The notes: generated from the letters alone by a model not told the origin. A stretch of 64,000 nt of DNA from Nitrososphaerota archaeon (GCA_021324115.1 JAJPJS010000025.1:200343-264342); one strand, 5' to 3'. Counted from the first letter of the stretch, positions 25,551-34,693 are shown. Numbers and translations are program-made.

Positions 25551-27242
25551 TCATCGGGCCTGTGCTAGCTGATGCAGGCTTTCGATCCTCCTGTTCCCTG
25601 CAAGCCCATAATTCTTCACCTTCTCGACGTCGAGTCCCTGTTTTCTGCATATTCCTTCAACGACTCTAAGCATCGCTCTGCCTCCCAACGCGATGAGGCT
25701 GGATGCCCCCATCTTTCCAAGGAACCAACCCTTGCCAGATTCGTAGGCGTCTCTCTGAGCCATTTTCGCAAGATGTCTGTAGGATGCGTAGTAGACGGCA
25801 AGCTGTGCAGGTGTTAGCATGATTGTAGAAAACTCTCTGCTCTTTATGAGACCAAGGGGTACATTTTGCATGGGGGTCACTGTGAATTCAAACGGTCTGT
25901 CTCCGTAATATGATTCACTCAACCTGTTGATGAGTGCTACCGTGCTCCAATTGTCCTCGTCGGTTTCATCCCTCTGCCCGACCTGGACAGTAAATGCGGG
26001 CCTCCACCAAGCAAGATTCATGTTCCTGACCCCCTCCCAAACAATCTCCTCCCAGCTTCCGTCGGGCCCTATCTTGAGTGGTAGCGTCTTGTTGGGCATG
26101 TGAATCTTGGCCAGCCTGTCGCTGCCCGTCTCGAGACCCACCTGAATTCCGATCCAGCGGGAAGGTCCGGCTCCGATTATGTTGCTGAGCCTCATTACCA
26201 GGTCAGGGTAGGCCGCGGGGATCGAAATCCTACCATGCGTGGGATTTGTGTGTTTTATGCCAGGGGTGGAGATGACCGCCTTGAAAAGTTCCACCAGCGC
26301 TTCCTCGTTTGGCTCGAACCTGTTGCCATGCTTGTAGGCGAATATTTCATCACTGTGCATCCAGGCATGGGTCGAGCCAGCCTTTGCGTTAACCGTGAGC
26401 TCCCTGACTATCTTTTCGATGGGATAGTACCTGAGCGGCCTCAAGGTCACCTCGCAGAAATCGCAACCGACTCCGCAACCTCTCATGACCTCCGTCATAT
26501 CTTTCGTAGTGGGTCTGACGATGTCAGGTATATCATCTAGAGTAGGATACATTCTGATGCCGGGCCTCCTTGAAAGAAAACGCCTGTCATCCTTGAAGGA
26601 CCTTACAAAGTTGTCATCATACGTCATATATCCATTGAAAAACAGATTCGAGTCGAACGAATCCTCGGAAATCTGCTGAAAGAGGGTTGAAATTATGTCG
26701 TCCGACTCCCCTTGATATGCATAGTCGACACCGAATTTATCCAGCTCTTCAGGGGCAATTGTGAACTCCCAGACACCGGGCCCTCCAACGACGATCTTCG
26801 CCTTTTTCCCCCGCCTTGCTGAGGCCACCCTGGTTAGCAGTTCCTCCCACTCCTTACGAACCCAGGCAAATGAATTTGTTCCGAACAGGGCCGAATAGGA
26901 CATCGTCAGGGGGCCAAAACCCAGCGGGTCCATCGTTGTGACCCCGATCACCTCTGTGTCATCCTTGATGAAATCTCTAATGTATTTTGAGTGGGGTACA
27001 GCTACTTCCTCACGTTTATGATCTCTCAGAAGACCGGCTTCGATCTTTCTCAATGCGTAGGGAGCCCTGAGGGACTCTCCATTATCCATAGGAGGTGATT
27101 CCTTGCCCTGAAGAAATCTGTAAACGACGCCTGGCATCATGTTCGATGGTGCGCACGGGAGAAAGTCCAGCAATGGGAAATCTCTGTAGTCATGAAGCAG
27201 CGTCAAGTCAGACAGCAGAACGTATTTAGCCAATATCATCAC
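25551..27242 (-). CDS. Radical SAM enzyme with an N-terminal B12-binding-like (Rossmann-like) domain; substrate unknown
   Basis: 563 aa. CX3CX2C motif MRGCGVGCDFCEV. The N-terminal domain has VIGVTTMDP...KKAKIVVGGPGVWEF. Confidence 0.8.
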   Translation of the reverse strand: MMILAKYVLLSDLTLLHDYRDFPLLDFLPCAPSNMMPGVVYRFLQGKESPPMDNGESLRAPYALRKIEAGLLRDHKREEVAVPHSKYIRDFIKDDTEVIGVTTMDPLGFGPLTMSYSALFGTNSFAWVRKEWEELLTRVASARRGKKAKIVVGGPGVWEFTIAPEELDKFGVDYAYQGESDDIISTLFQQISEDSFDSNLFFNGYMTYDDNFVRSFKDDRRFLSRRPGIRMYPTLDDIPDIVRPTTKDMTEVMRGCGVGCDFCEVTLRPLRYYPIEKIVRELTVNAKAGSTHAWMHSDEIFAYKHGNRFEPNEEALVELFKAVISTPGIKHTNPTHGRISIPAAYPDLVMRLSNIIGAGPSRWIGIQVGLETGSDRLAKIHMPNKTLPLKIGPDGSWEEIVWEGVRNMNLAWWRPAFTVQVGQRDETDEDNWSTVALINRLSESYYGDRPFEFTVTPMQNVPLGLIKSREFSTIMLTPAQLAVYYASYRHLAKMAQRDAYESGKGWFLGKMGASSLIALGGRAMLRVVEGICRKQGLDVEKVKNYGLAGNRRIESLHQLAQAR

Positions 27243-27606
27243 ACCTCGTTGAGACTCTCACCGAAGCCGTATCGGTACACAGTGGCGGCGCCTCCACCTC
27301 TCGTCCCCACCTAATGGGTGAGACTAGAGCAAATGGGCAACGCTCATCTAGTCTTAAAATCGCCTCACAAGACTCTTGAAAGGGCATGGATGGCGGATTG
27401 CAGAAGATACTAATAAATCTCTCTCAATTTTGCTCTAATGAATGATTCTCTTCCACCGTTGAACGGAGTCCAAAACGCTGGAGGTTTTGCTTCCGGGTCG
27501 GATACTGAGCAAAAATGAAAAAGTAGAGTGGGCAGTTATCTGTAGATCAAGCAGCCTTGAGTTAACGAACTGTCATCAGGCAGGTACTCCCGGTAATTTT
27601 GCCATA

Positions 27607-28842
27607 TTATCTGGCTTCTGCCTGCTGCTCGAGTACATTCAGGCTCGACGGGTCCCCGAGCACCAGAAGTACATCATTTTCTCTTAATCTGAAGGATGGG
27701 TCGAATATGTCGCGCGCCACCATATCGTCTCTTACCACACCTATTATCGTCACATACCTCGCGACCTCTCTTAGCCCTCTGCCGATCAGCTTGGATGATT
27801 TGAATATAGAAAATTGACCGATTTCCTTTGTTCCAATCTTTTCTGAAAACACAATACCGACGAGATCCTTGGTGATGGCAGAAAGGGCGAGTAGGTGTCC
27901 AACTGTCACGGAGGACGAAATTATGACATCGGCACCGGCATTTTTTGCGGTTTCGATCAGGTCTGAATTGTGGACCACACACACAACCCGGACGTCCGAC
28001 TTCAGCTTCTTCACGCTCAGCACAACCATCATGTTCTCTGAATCGGAGGCATGGCACACGATCACGGTGGATGCTTTCTCGATGCCCGCCTGTCGAAGTG
28101 CCTCAAGCGGGTGGGTTTCTCTTTCAAGAACGGAAAGAACTTTCTGGTTGAGTAATGCATGGTGAGTCTGGGGATCCTTTTGCACGACAACATATGGTAC
28201 ATTCATTTCATCCATCTTCTCTGCGACGTACCTTCCCAGATGGTTGTACCCAAATATGATCACATGCGATTTCAGCTTCGAGATCAGCCTCTTTTCAGCT
28301 TCGCCTTGCGCCAGCTCACCGGTCATCATCGCGCCAACGGCACTCTGAACTATCGACGCACCTGCCCCCACTGAAACAATGATCATTATGATGAGCAGAA
28401 CGGCCTCTGAAGTGTTCATGGTGAGAAAATTGCCGCCGTTTGGAACGTATAGTCCGATCGTTGTGATAGTCGACACAGATGCAAGGAAGGCTGGTATCAG
28501 AGGAAGCCGCTCAAAATATGTGAAGACGCCTGCTCCCCATACAAACATCATCGCAAGGATCACAAGCTGCTTGTAAGTCGCCTTGACCAACACGATCGGT
28601 TTGTAGAGGTATTCGTACAGCACGAAGGATATGTTCTTTCTTCTTTTCTGGACAGTTATTCTGCGTTCAGCGAGAATTCTTTCTTCCTTGGCAAACACAA
28701 TGGGGGTCCCCGGAGGGTCAAATTTACGTGTTTCCTGACAACGTAAAAGTACGTTGACACACCGAAGAATGTAAGAAGAGATCCTGGCAGAACTCCAGCA
28801 ATCCTTAGCAGAATTCATTGGGTGTGAGAAGAAGATTAGCAC
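27607..28842 (-). CDS. MthK-like cation channel: two-TM pore domain plus RCK (TrkA-N and TrkA-C) domains, with a non-canonical selectivity filter
   Basis: Pore region AFLASVSTITTIGLYVPNGG, flanked by hydrophobic helices. RCK-N HVIIFGYNHLGRYVAEKM...VVVQKD. TrkA-C-like VTIIGVVRDDMVARD...ENDVLLVLG. The start is uncertain because the first roughly 60 aa show no family resemblance. Confidence 0.7.
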   Translation of the reverse strand: MLIFFSHPMNSAKDCWSSARISSYILRCVNVLLRCQETRKFDPPGTPIVFAKEERILAERRITVQKRRKNISFVLYEYLYKPIVLVKATYKQLVILAMMFVWGAGVFTYFERLPLIPAFLASVSTITTIGLYVPNGGNFLTMNTSEAVLLIIMIIVSVGAGASIVQSAVGAMMTGELAQGEAEKRLISKLKSHVIIFGYNHLGRYVAEKMDEMNVPYVVVQKDPQTHHALLNQKVLSVLERETHPLEALRQAGIEKASTVIVCHASDSENMMVVLSVKKLKSDVRVVCVVHNSDLIETAKNAGADVIISSSVTVGHLLALSAITKDLVGIVFSEKIGTKEIGQFSIFKSSKLIGRGLREVARYVTIIGVVRDDMVARDIFDPSFRLRENDVLLVLGDPSSLNVLEQQAEAR

Positions 28843-28977
28843 CTGAAGCTCCTAAGCTCGATTCCAGATTCGAATGCCGTGGTACCCTTTGCACATTTAG
28901 TCGTAGAACCTGAATAATAGTCAAGGATGTCCGGTGAAATGAAAGCCAAAACTGGGAAACACTAAAATACCACAGAT

Positions 28978-29166
28978 ATGGGCGTTGCCATAGGCTTGCC
29001 TATAGCTGATGCGGCTAAGAAACAGCTGGCGATGGAGCGTCGCCTGTTCTTCAAGGTGTGCATGAATTGCGGCAGCAAAAACCCTCTGGTTGCCACTCGG
29101 TGCAGGAAATGCGGCAGAAGTGACTCTTTAAGGCTGAAAAACAGGCAGACCGGACCAAAGAAGTAA
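28978..29166 (+). CDS. rpl40e: 50S ribosomal protein L40e
   Basis: KKQLAMERRLFFKVCMNCGSKNPLVATRCRKCGRSDSLRLKNR is the L40e Zn-ribbon pattern. The true start may be TTG 28996 (M-PIADAAKK), which sits about 30 nt downstream of a TATA-like actaaaatac (28960..28969). Confidence 0.85.
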   Translation: MGVAIGLPIADAAKKQLAMERRLFFKVCMNCGSKNPLVATRCRKCGRSDSLRLKNRQTGPKK

Positions 29167-29180
29167 AAAACCCGATTTTT
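29165..29180. terminator. Bidirectional oligo-T terminator candidate shared by convergent rpl40e and gdhA
   Basis: aaaaaacccgattttt. There is a T5 run on the plus strand after the L40e stop (29164..29166) and a T6 run on the minus strand after the gdhA stop (29188..29186). Archaeal termination uses oligo-T tracts. Confidence 0.5.
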
Positions 29181-29185
29181 CAGAT

Positions 29186-30445
29186 TCAGAACCAGCCACG
29201 AATACGCATGGCAGTTTCTACTCTCTGTATTGAAACTATATTCGCTGCTTCCCTCATGTTCACCTTGCCGCCAAACTTCTGGTATGTATCAAGAACGTCA
29301 TGGAATGCCTTTGTCATCTTGGCATCAAGCTTTTCGTGAACCTCTTCCTCCGACCAGTAATAGGAATACAGATTCTGAACCCATTCAAAGTAGGACACGG
29401 TGACCCCGCCCGAATTGCACAGGAAGTCGGGTATGAGAAACACACCTTTTTCCTTCAATATTTTGTCGGCTTCAGGAGTCGTCGGTCCGTTTGCAAGCTC
29501 TGCAATCATTTTGGCATTGACCTTTGAAGCGTTATCCTTTCGCAGCTGGTTTTCAATGGCCGCAGGTATGAGTATGTCCACCTTCAGCTCAAGCAATTCT
29601 TCGTTGGAGACCTTCTGCCCGCCAGGGAATCCGGCAAGTTGCCCATTTTTCTCCTTGTACTTTACGGCCTCGTCCACGTCCAGTCCATCAGGGTTGTAGA
29701 CACCGCTCTTCGAATCACTTATTGCGACGATCTTGCTTCCGAACATCTTCTTCATAAGAGTCGCCGCAAAATGGCCGGCGTTGCCGAAACCCTGGACCGC
29801 AACACTCGCCTTTTTGAGGTCCATCTTCAGGAACTTGGCAGCTTCCCTTATGTTATACATCCCACCGAGTGCGGTAGCATCGCCTCTGCCAAGTGATCCT
29901 CCGACCTCTATCGGTTTGCCGGTTATCACCCCGGGCGCGTTATAGCCCACCAGGTGACTGTATTCATCCATCATCCATGCCATTATCTGCGGATCTGTGT
30001 AGACATCAGGTGCAGGTATATCCTTCTCCGGCCCTATGAACCTTCCAATCGCCCTTATGTAATTCCTGCTCAGCTGTTCCAGTTCCCTTTTGGACATCTC
30101 CTTAGGGTTGCAGATAACTCCTCCCTTGGCTCCACCATAGGGGATGTCGGCAACTGAGGTCTTCCATGTCATCCACATAGAAAGCGCCTTAACGGTGTCG
30201 AGGGTCTCTTCAGGGTGAAATCGGATACCACCTTTGGTGGGTCCCCTCGCATCGTTATGCTGCACCCTGAACCCCTTGAATACCCTTACCTCCCCGCTGT
30301 CCATCCGCACAGGCACCTGGACCTCAAGCACGCGAAGCGGCTCCCTCATGATCGCCCTCGCGGCCTTATCCATATTCACCAGCTCGGCTGCAGTATCAAA
30401 CTGCGACTGGGCTATTTTGAACGGATTCAGCTCCTCCTTGGACAA
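29186..30445 (-). CDS. gdhA: Glutamate dehydrogenase (NAD(P)+)
   Basis: [31 protein letters not shown] and [10 protein letters not shown] are the classic Glu/Leu/Phe/Val dehydrogenase signatures. Confidence 0.95.
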   Translation of the reverse strand: MSKEELNPFKIAQSQFDTAAELVNMDKAARAIMREPLRVLEVQVPVRMDSGEVRVFKGFRVQHNDARGPTKGGIRFHPEETLDTVKALSMWMTWKTSVADIPYGGAKGGVICNPKEMSKRELEQLSRNYIRAIGRFIGPEKDIPAPDVYTDPQIMAWMMDEYSHLVGYNAPGVITGKPIEVGGSLGRGDATALGGMYNIREAAKFLKMDLKKASVAVQGFGNAGHFAATLMKKMFGSKIVAISDSKSGVYNPDGLDVDEAVKYKEKNGQLAGFPGGQKVSNEELLELKVDILIPAAIENQLRKDNASKVNAKMIAELANGPTTPEADKILKEKGVFLIPDFLCNSGGVTVSYFEWVQNLYSYYWSEEEVHEKLDAKMTKAFHDVLDTYQKFGGKVNMREAANIVSIQRVETAMRIRGWF

Positions 30446-30590
30446 ACCTCTGTCTCACCTGACATCGGCCTGAGACGGGATGTTTATAAGAATTGCAACA
30501 AAAGTAACGGCATTCTGCATAAGATGTACCTGTTCGAGTAGACTGAAATATACGGCAAACGTATGATAAAATTCTTTTTGGTAATCGCAC

Positions 30591-30603
30591 TAAATTTTTA
30601 AAG
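30591..30603 (+). promoter_or_regulatory. Putative BRE/TATA box for the NusA-like gene
   Basis: taaatttttaaag lies about 40 nt upstream of ATG 30641. A purine-rich aggaag sits just before the ATG. Confidence 0.4.
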
Positions 30604-30640
30604 ATGTACAACATAGGCATATATCAGTAGAAGGAAGATC

Positions 30641-31147
30641 ATGAAGCTCCCCATCTGCAGTTTTGATGCGAAGGTCGGCGTTCTTTGCCCGAAGTGCGAA
30701 GCAAAGGTTCAGAGCGGGGAGCTCACCAAGACAGACGTAGACGTCTCTTTTGCGCTGGCGAAACTGTCGGGAAAGCAGCCGATCCTTGACAGGATCACAC
30801 TCAGAAGGGCGTACATGATCGACGGAGAGACGGTTTTGCTGCTGGGCCAGGGTGATACTTCATTGCTTCGGAGCAATCCGAAGGTGATGCAGGCGATTCA
30901 GGAGGCGCTGGGAAGAAGAGTGTGGACCACCGAAGCAGATAGCGATGACAGGCGATTCCTAGAGAGCCTGCTTTTCCCTGCACGTGTCATGACGATGAAT
31001 ACGATTTTTGTGCCCGACGGCAGTCGTATAATGAAGGTGATCATACCCGGGCGAATGACGCCGAAGTTTCCCGTTGACCTTGAAAAGGTAAAAAGCATCG
31101 TCCGCGAGACCAGGGGAATCGACCTGGTAGTAAGATTTGAGCGATAA
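30641..31147 (+). CDS. NusA-like KH-domain protein with an N-terminal zinc ribbon
   Basis: MKLPICSFDAKVGVLCPKCEAKVQSGELTKTDVDVSFAL, followed by KH-like segments. It resembles the crenarchaeal transcription elongation factor NusA-like family of about 165 aa. Confidence 0.6.
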   Translation: MKLPICSFDAKVGVLCPKCEAKVQSGELTKTDVDVSFALAKLSGKQPILDRITLRRAYMIDGETVLLLGQGDTSLLRSNPKVMQAIQEALGRRVWTTEADSDDRRFLESLLFPARVMTMNTIFVPDGSRIMKVIIPGRMTPKFPVDLEKVKSIVRETRGIDLVVRFER

Positions 31148-32435
31148 AATTTCTTCCATTTCATCCGCGTTAAGTCAGAAAGAGGGGAGCCCTGTACAGG
31201 TAGCGGGCTGGGTGGAAGATCAAAGAGTTCTCGGGACACTGCTTTTCATTACCCTAAGGGATATCGAATCCTCCATTCAGGTCGTTTTTAATAAGAAAGC
31301 GGTTTCCGGTGAAACATTCTCCTGCGCATCTTCCGTTCCAAGACAGAGTTACGTTGTGGTGAAAGGAGTCACTCAAAGGAGCAGGTCCAAGATAGCGACT
31401 CTTGAGCTCCTTGCTCAATCCTTTTCTGTTGTCGGCCCGGCCCGCCATCCACTTCCGCTGGACCCGACGGGCAGGGTGGAGGCGAATCTGGAGGTTAGGC
31501 TTGATTCGAGGGCGCTCGACCTGCGTAACCCGAGGGTCGCCTCGATATTTCGCATAAGGTCAGGTTTCCTGAAATATGCAAGAGATTATCTCGGCTCGCA
31601 GGGCTTCATCGAAGTGAACACAGCAAAATTGATCGGGGCAGCCGCCGAAGGAGGGGCCGAACTATTCAGATTGAAGTACTTCGACAGAGATGGTTACCTT
31701 GCTCAGAGTCCACAGCTTTACAAGGAAGAGCTGACGCTTTCGCTGGGACGGGTTTTCGAAGTGGGCACATACTTCAGGGCTGAGAGAAGTCACACTACAA
31801 GACATCTTAACGAGTTCGTAAGCCTGGACATCGAGGCCGCGATGTACGGGAAGGAGGAAGCAATGTCGGAGCTTGAAAGGATGATAAGCGAAGTGACGAA
31901 GCGGCTGGCAGAGGATTATTCCAGAGAATTTGAGCGTCTGGGCGTTTCCCAGCCCGATGCGAAGGTTCCTTTTCCTCGCCTGACCTACAGGGACGCTCAG
32001 GCCGAAATAGGAAAAATGGGCGGTTCCACCAAATGGGGGGAGGACCTCGATTCTGAGAGCTTGAAATTACTTTCCTCAGGCAGGAGTGGTTACTACTTCA
32101 TTACGGATTGGCCAACCTCAATCAAACCGTTCTACATAAAGCCTTCGAATCAGGATTCCCAGGTATCCGAATCATTTGATTTGATGGTCGGCCCGCTTGA
32201 GCTGGCATCCGGCGGAGAACGATTATCCTCAAGAGCTGAATTGGAGCGAAGGATCCTGGAAAAGGGGCTCAATGTCCGGGAATTCAGTGAGCATCTCAAA
32301 GTGTATGATTGGGGGATGCCGCCCCATGCGGGCTGGGGTTTCGGTGTGGATAGATTCATCGCAAGCATAACAGGCTCATCAAACATCAGAGAAGCCGTGC
32401 TATTTCCAAGGGATGAGCTCAGACTCACTCCGTAG
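31137..32435 (+). CDS. aspS: Aspartyl-tRNA synthetase, archaeal type (possibly non-discriminating)
   Basis: OB-fold N-terminus. Class II motif 2 FRAERSHTTRHLNEF. ELASGGERL. Motif 3 PPHAGWGFGVDR. TTG start overlapping the upstream gene by 11 nt. Confidence 0.9.
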   Translation: MSDKISSISSALSQKEGSPVQVAGWVEDQRVLGTLLFITLRDIESSIQVVFNKKAVSGETFSCASSVPRQSYVVVKGVTQRSRSKIATLELLAQSFSVVGPARHPLPLDPTGRVEANLEVRLDSRALDLRNPRVASIFRIRSGFLKYARDYLGSQGFIEVNTAKLIGAAAEGGAELFRLKYFDRDGYLAQSPQLYKEELTLSLGRVFEVGTYFRAERSHTTRHLNEFVSLDIEAAMYGKEEAMSELERMISEVTKRLAEDYSREFERLGVSQPDAKVPFPRLTYRDAQAEIGKMGGSTKWGEDLDSESLKLLSSGRSGYYFITDWPTSIKPFYIKPSNQDSQVSESFDLMVGPLELASGGERLSSRAELERRILEKGLNVREFSEHLKVYDWGMPPHAGWGFGVDRFIASITGSSNIREAVLFPRDELRLTP

Positions 32436-32611
32436 ACGCTTGATCGGAAACTTCAGTTGTCTGCTTGCGCAACCAGGCTCCGTACGACCACTTTCGTTCG
32501 TTCCAGTAAGTGTAACTCTATTCATTAATAAGCTGTCGAACTCGAACAGACTCCGTACTCCGCGCGCCGTGGTCTCAGGATTGCGGCGATTTCATACCGA
32601 GTGAATTAGGG

Positions 32612-33835
32612 TCACGCAAGAACGTTCCACGTGACCTTCGCCTGCACAATTGAGCCGGAGTCTGATTCGACCCTGTTGATTATTCTAAGCGGCATTCCGT
32701 TCACCTCGAGGTAACCCATGAACGCAAGCAACCAGATCGATTCGGGTAACTTGGCTTTCGAGCTGGTTTCGAAGGTTATCAATTTGGTCACATTATCATA
32801 TCTCGCCCTACCCCTGTCGCCAAGTGATAGGTCCACAAGTTCCGCCCAAAGAGGAAGTGCGGCCTCAGGGCTCATTGTAAACACCCTGCTCGGGATGCTC
32901 GAAGCGATTTGTCTGTACAGCTCAACGGCAACCCGTTTGAGTTCACCTTCATCAAGTGTGTCAAGGAGAGCCAAGGGAAGATTCCTGTATATTGTCAAAT
33001 CTCCCTTGAGCAGCTGAAGTTCCCCCGACAATCCAAGGTTGGCCAGCCGGGTAAACTGACCAAAGTCGACGCCATCCTGCCAAAGTGGAATGAAGATATT
33101 CTGGTCGATCAGTCCTGCAATTTCTCCGGTCGAAATCATCATAGCGTTGCCCGTGCTTGAATTGCCTATCATGACCGTGTTCTTGTCAAATATGAACACA
33201 GATTTTCCATCTGCCACCTTACCCGCCCTTACCTGGAAAGGTATACCAAAGAGCTCCTGCACGGATTCTGCTTCCCTATCCGAAACCAGCAACTTGCAGT
33301 CTACCTCCTCTGCGGAAGCAGAGGCGAGCTGCTTGCCGCAAGTCTTCAGCATTTCCAGTCCCTGTGAGTCTACGATCGCATGAAAGCTGTACTGCACATC
33401 GCCAATAAGTTCAGAAAGCTTCGCGACTGCTTCGTGAGGAACGAAGATATAGTAATGCCCCTCTGCAAGGCTGTGTCCTCTCATCCCCTGCTGCTTCAAC
33501 CGCTTCAACCTTGCCAGATTGATCTTCAGCTCCCTTAGCCTCTTTTCCTCCTGCCTTACGGTCGGCTCGAAGACTTCATCGGCATCGGCTGCAACACACC
33601 TCATCGGGTTGTCTGAAAGTCGAATCAGTCCCTTGCTCGCCAGACTCCGAACGGTCGAATAAACCTTCGTCCTGGGAACTCCCGCTCTGTAGGACAGTTC
33701 CCTTAGAATCACAGACCCGCTCGTAAGTGCAGCCATGTACACCTTCGCCTCATAATGAGTCAGGCCGAGCTCCCTCAGCACTTGGAGTTCCCTTGATTCT
33801 GCTGTTGCCAACTGAAAAACTATGCATGCCGGCAT
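32612..33835 (-). CDS. TrmB-family transcriptional regulator (N-terminal wHTH, coiled coil, TrmB-C-like domain, plus an extra ~150-aa C-terminal domain, possibly V4R-like)
   Basis: ORF 32612..33856. LRELGLTHYEAKVYMAALTSGSVILRELSYRAGVPRTKVYSTVRSLASKGLI is the TrmB wHTH. Start candidates are 33856, ATG 33835 (chosen) and TTG 33811. The gene is divergent from the cdv cluster. Confidence 0.75.
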   Translation of the reverse strand: MPACIVFQLATAESRELQVLRELGLTHYEAKVYMAALTSGSVILRELSYRAGVPRTKVYSTVRSLASKGLIRLSDNPMRCVAADADEVFEPTVRQEEKRLRELKINLARLKRLKQQGMRGHSLAEGHYYIFVPHEAVAKLSELIGDVQYSFHAIVDSQGLEMLKTCGKQLASASAEEVDCKLLVSDREAESVQELFGIPFQVRAGKVADGKSVFIFDKNTVMIGNSSTGNAMMISTGEIAGLIDQNIFIPLWQDGVDFGQFTRLANLGLSGELQLLKGDLTIYRNLPLALLDTLDEGELKRVAVELYRQIASSIPSRVFTMSPEAALPLWAELVDLSLGDRGRARYDNVTKLITFETSSKAKLPESIWLLAFMGYLEVNGMPLRIINRVESDSGSIVQAKVTWNVLA

Positions 33836-33881
33836 GATTAGTATTGTCATAGTCAATCCTTGTTTACAATCCGCTCAACAA

Positions 33882-33928
33882 TGTCACCGACAACCCTGTA
33901 ACCGCGGTGACAGGCCGCGCCGGTCACA
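33882..33928. promoter_or_regulatory. Candidate operator: TGTCACCG-N15-CGGTGACA perfect inverted repeat plus a third CGGTCACA copy in the TrmB-like/cdvB-like divergent promoter
   Basis: tgtcaccg at 33882..33889, cggtgaca at 33905..33912, cggtcaca at 33921..33928. These lie immediately upstream of the TATA-like gatataa (33934..33940) of the ESCRT-III gene. A further cGTGACA occurs at 34649..34655, upstream of the second ESCRT-III gene. Confidence 0.45.
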
Positions 33929-33975
33929 GTAGCGATATAACAACGCCTCCCGATGCATAGCCAAGCGAGCTGAAA

Positions 33976-34620
33976 ATGTCCGAATTCAGTAAGAAATGGA
34001 CGACGCCGAATACGCCTGGCTTTGGTGACAGGGTCAAGGAGGCCGTAAGGCCTGCCGGTCCCCTAAAGCCAAGGATAGATGGGGCCGTACGCAGCATACA
34101 GATACAGATTTCGAAACTGGACTCAACCAGCAACAGACTGAAGGAAAGGGACACTACACTGTTCAACAAGGTCGTTTCCTCCATTCAGAAGCATGACACA
34201 CAGCACGCGTCCGTTTACGCTAATGAACTTGCCGAAATAAGGAAGATGAGCAGGATGGTTTCTTCCGCGAAGATAGCGCTGGAGCAAATCGTTCTAAGGC
34301 TCAGCACCGCAACCGAGCTTGGTGACATCGTGGTCACTCTCGCACCGGCTATGGCGGTCATCAAGAGCGTGAAGACAGGACTTGTCGGAGTCATGCCCGA
34401 GGCTGAACAGGAAATAGGCGAAATCAACAACGTACTGAGCAGCATACTGGTTGACGCCGGACAGCTTGGTGGTCTCACTCTGAACTTCGAAGCAGCCAAC
34501 GAGGATGCGGAGAGGATTCTCGGTGAGGCATCTGCTGTGGCCGAGCAAAGAATGAAGGACAAATTCCCAGACCTACCTGCCCTTGGCGCATCCGAAGGCC
34601 AGAATTACTCATCGCAGTAG
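33976..34620 (+). CDS. ESCRT-III/Snf7-family protein (CdvB paralog without a winged-helix tail)
   Basis: 214 aa. Helical hairpin core KPRIDGAVRSIQIQISKLDSTSNRLKERDTTLFNKVVSSIQKHDTQHASVYANELAEIRKM...ALEQIVLRL, paralogous to the next gene. The C-terminus contains KFPDLPAL. Confidence 0.8.
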   Translation: MSEFSKKWTTPNTPGFGDRVKEAVRPAGPLKPRIDGAVRSIQIQISKLDSTSNRLKERDTTLFNKVVSSIQKHDTQHASVYANELAEIRKMSRMVSSAKIALEQIVLRLSTATELGDIVVTLAPAMAVIKSVKTGLVGVMPEAEQEIGEINNVLSSILVDAGQLGGLTLNFEAANEDAERILGEASAVAEQRMKDKFPDLPALGASEGQNYSSQ

Positions 34621-34660
34621 AGGCGTGCCCCGCAGCTCTACGAGGTTGCGTGACACCCTC

Positions 34661-34680
34661 TATGTTTCTTTCTTTTTATT
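34661..34680 (+). terminator. T-rich tract (candidate terminator) after the first ESCRT-III gene
   Basis: tatgtttctttctttttatt lies 40 nt after the stop at 34620 and is followed by a TATA-like tgttaaatatt (34685..34695). Confidence 0.35.
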
Positions 34681-34693
34681 GAGTTGTTAAATA

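Noticed and set aside
27434-27520. C/D-box-like arrangement: gctc-t-AATGAATGA ... CTGA-gc
   Set aside because: The C-box candidate (UGAAUGA) deviates from RUGAUGA, there are no C'/D' boxes, and the length is atypical. I judge it coincidental.
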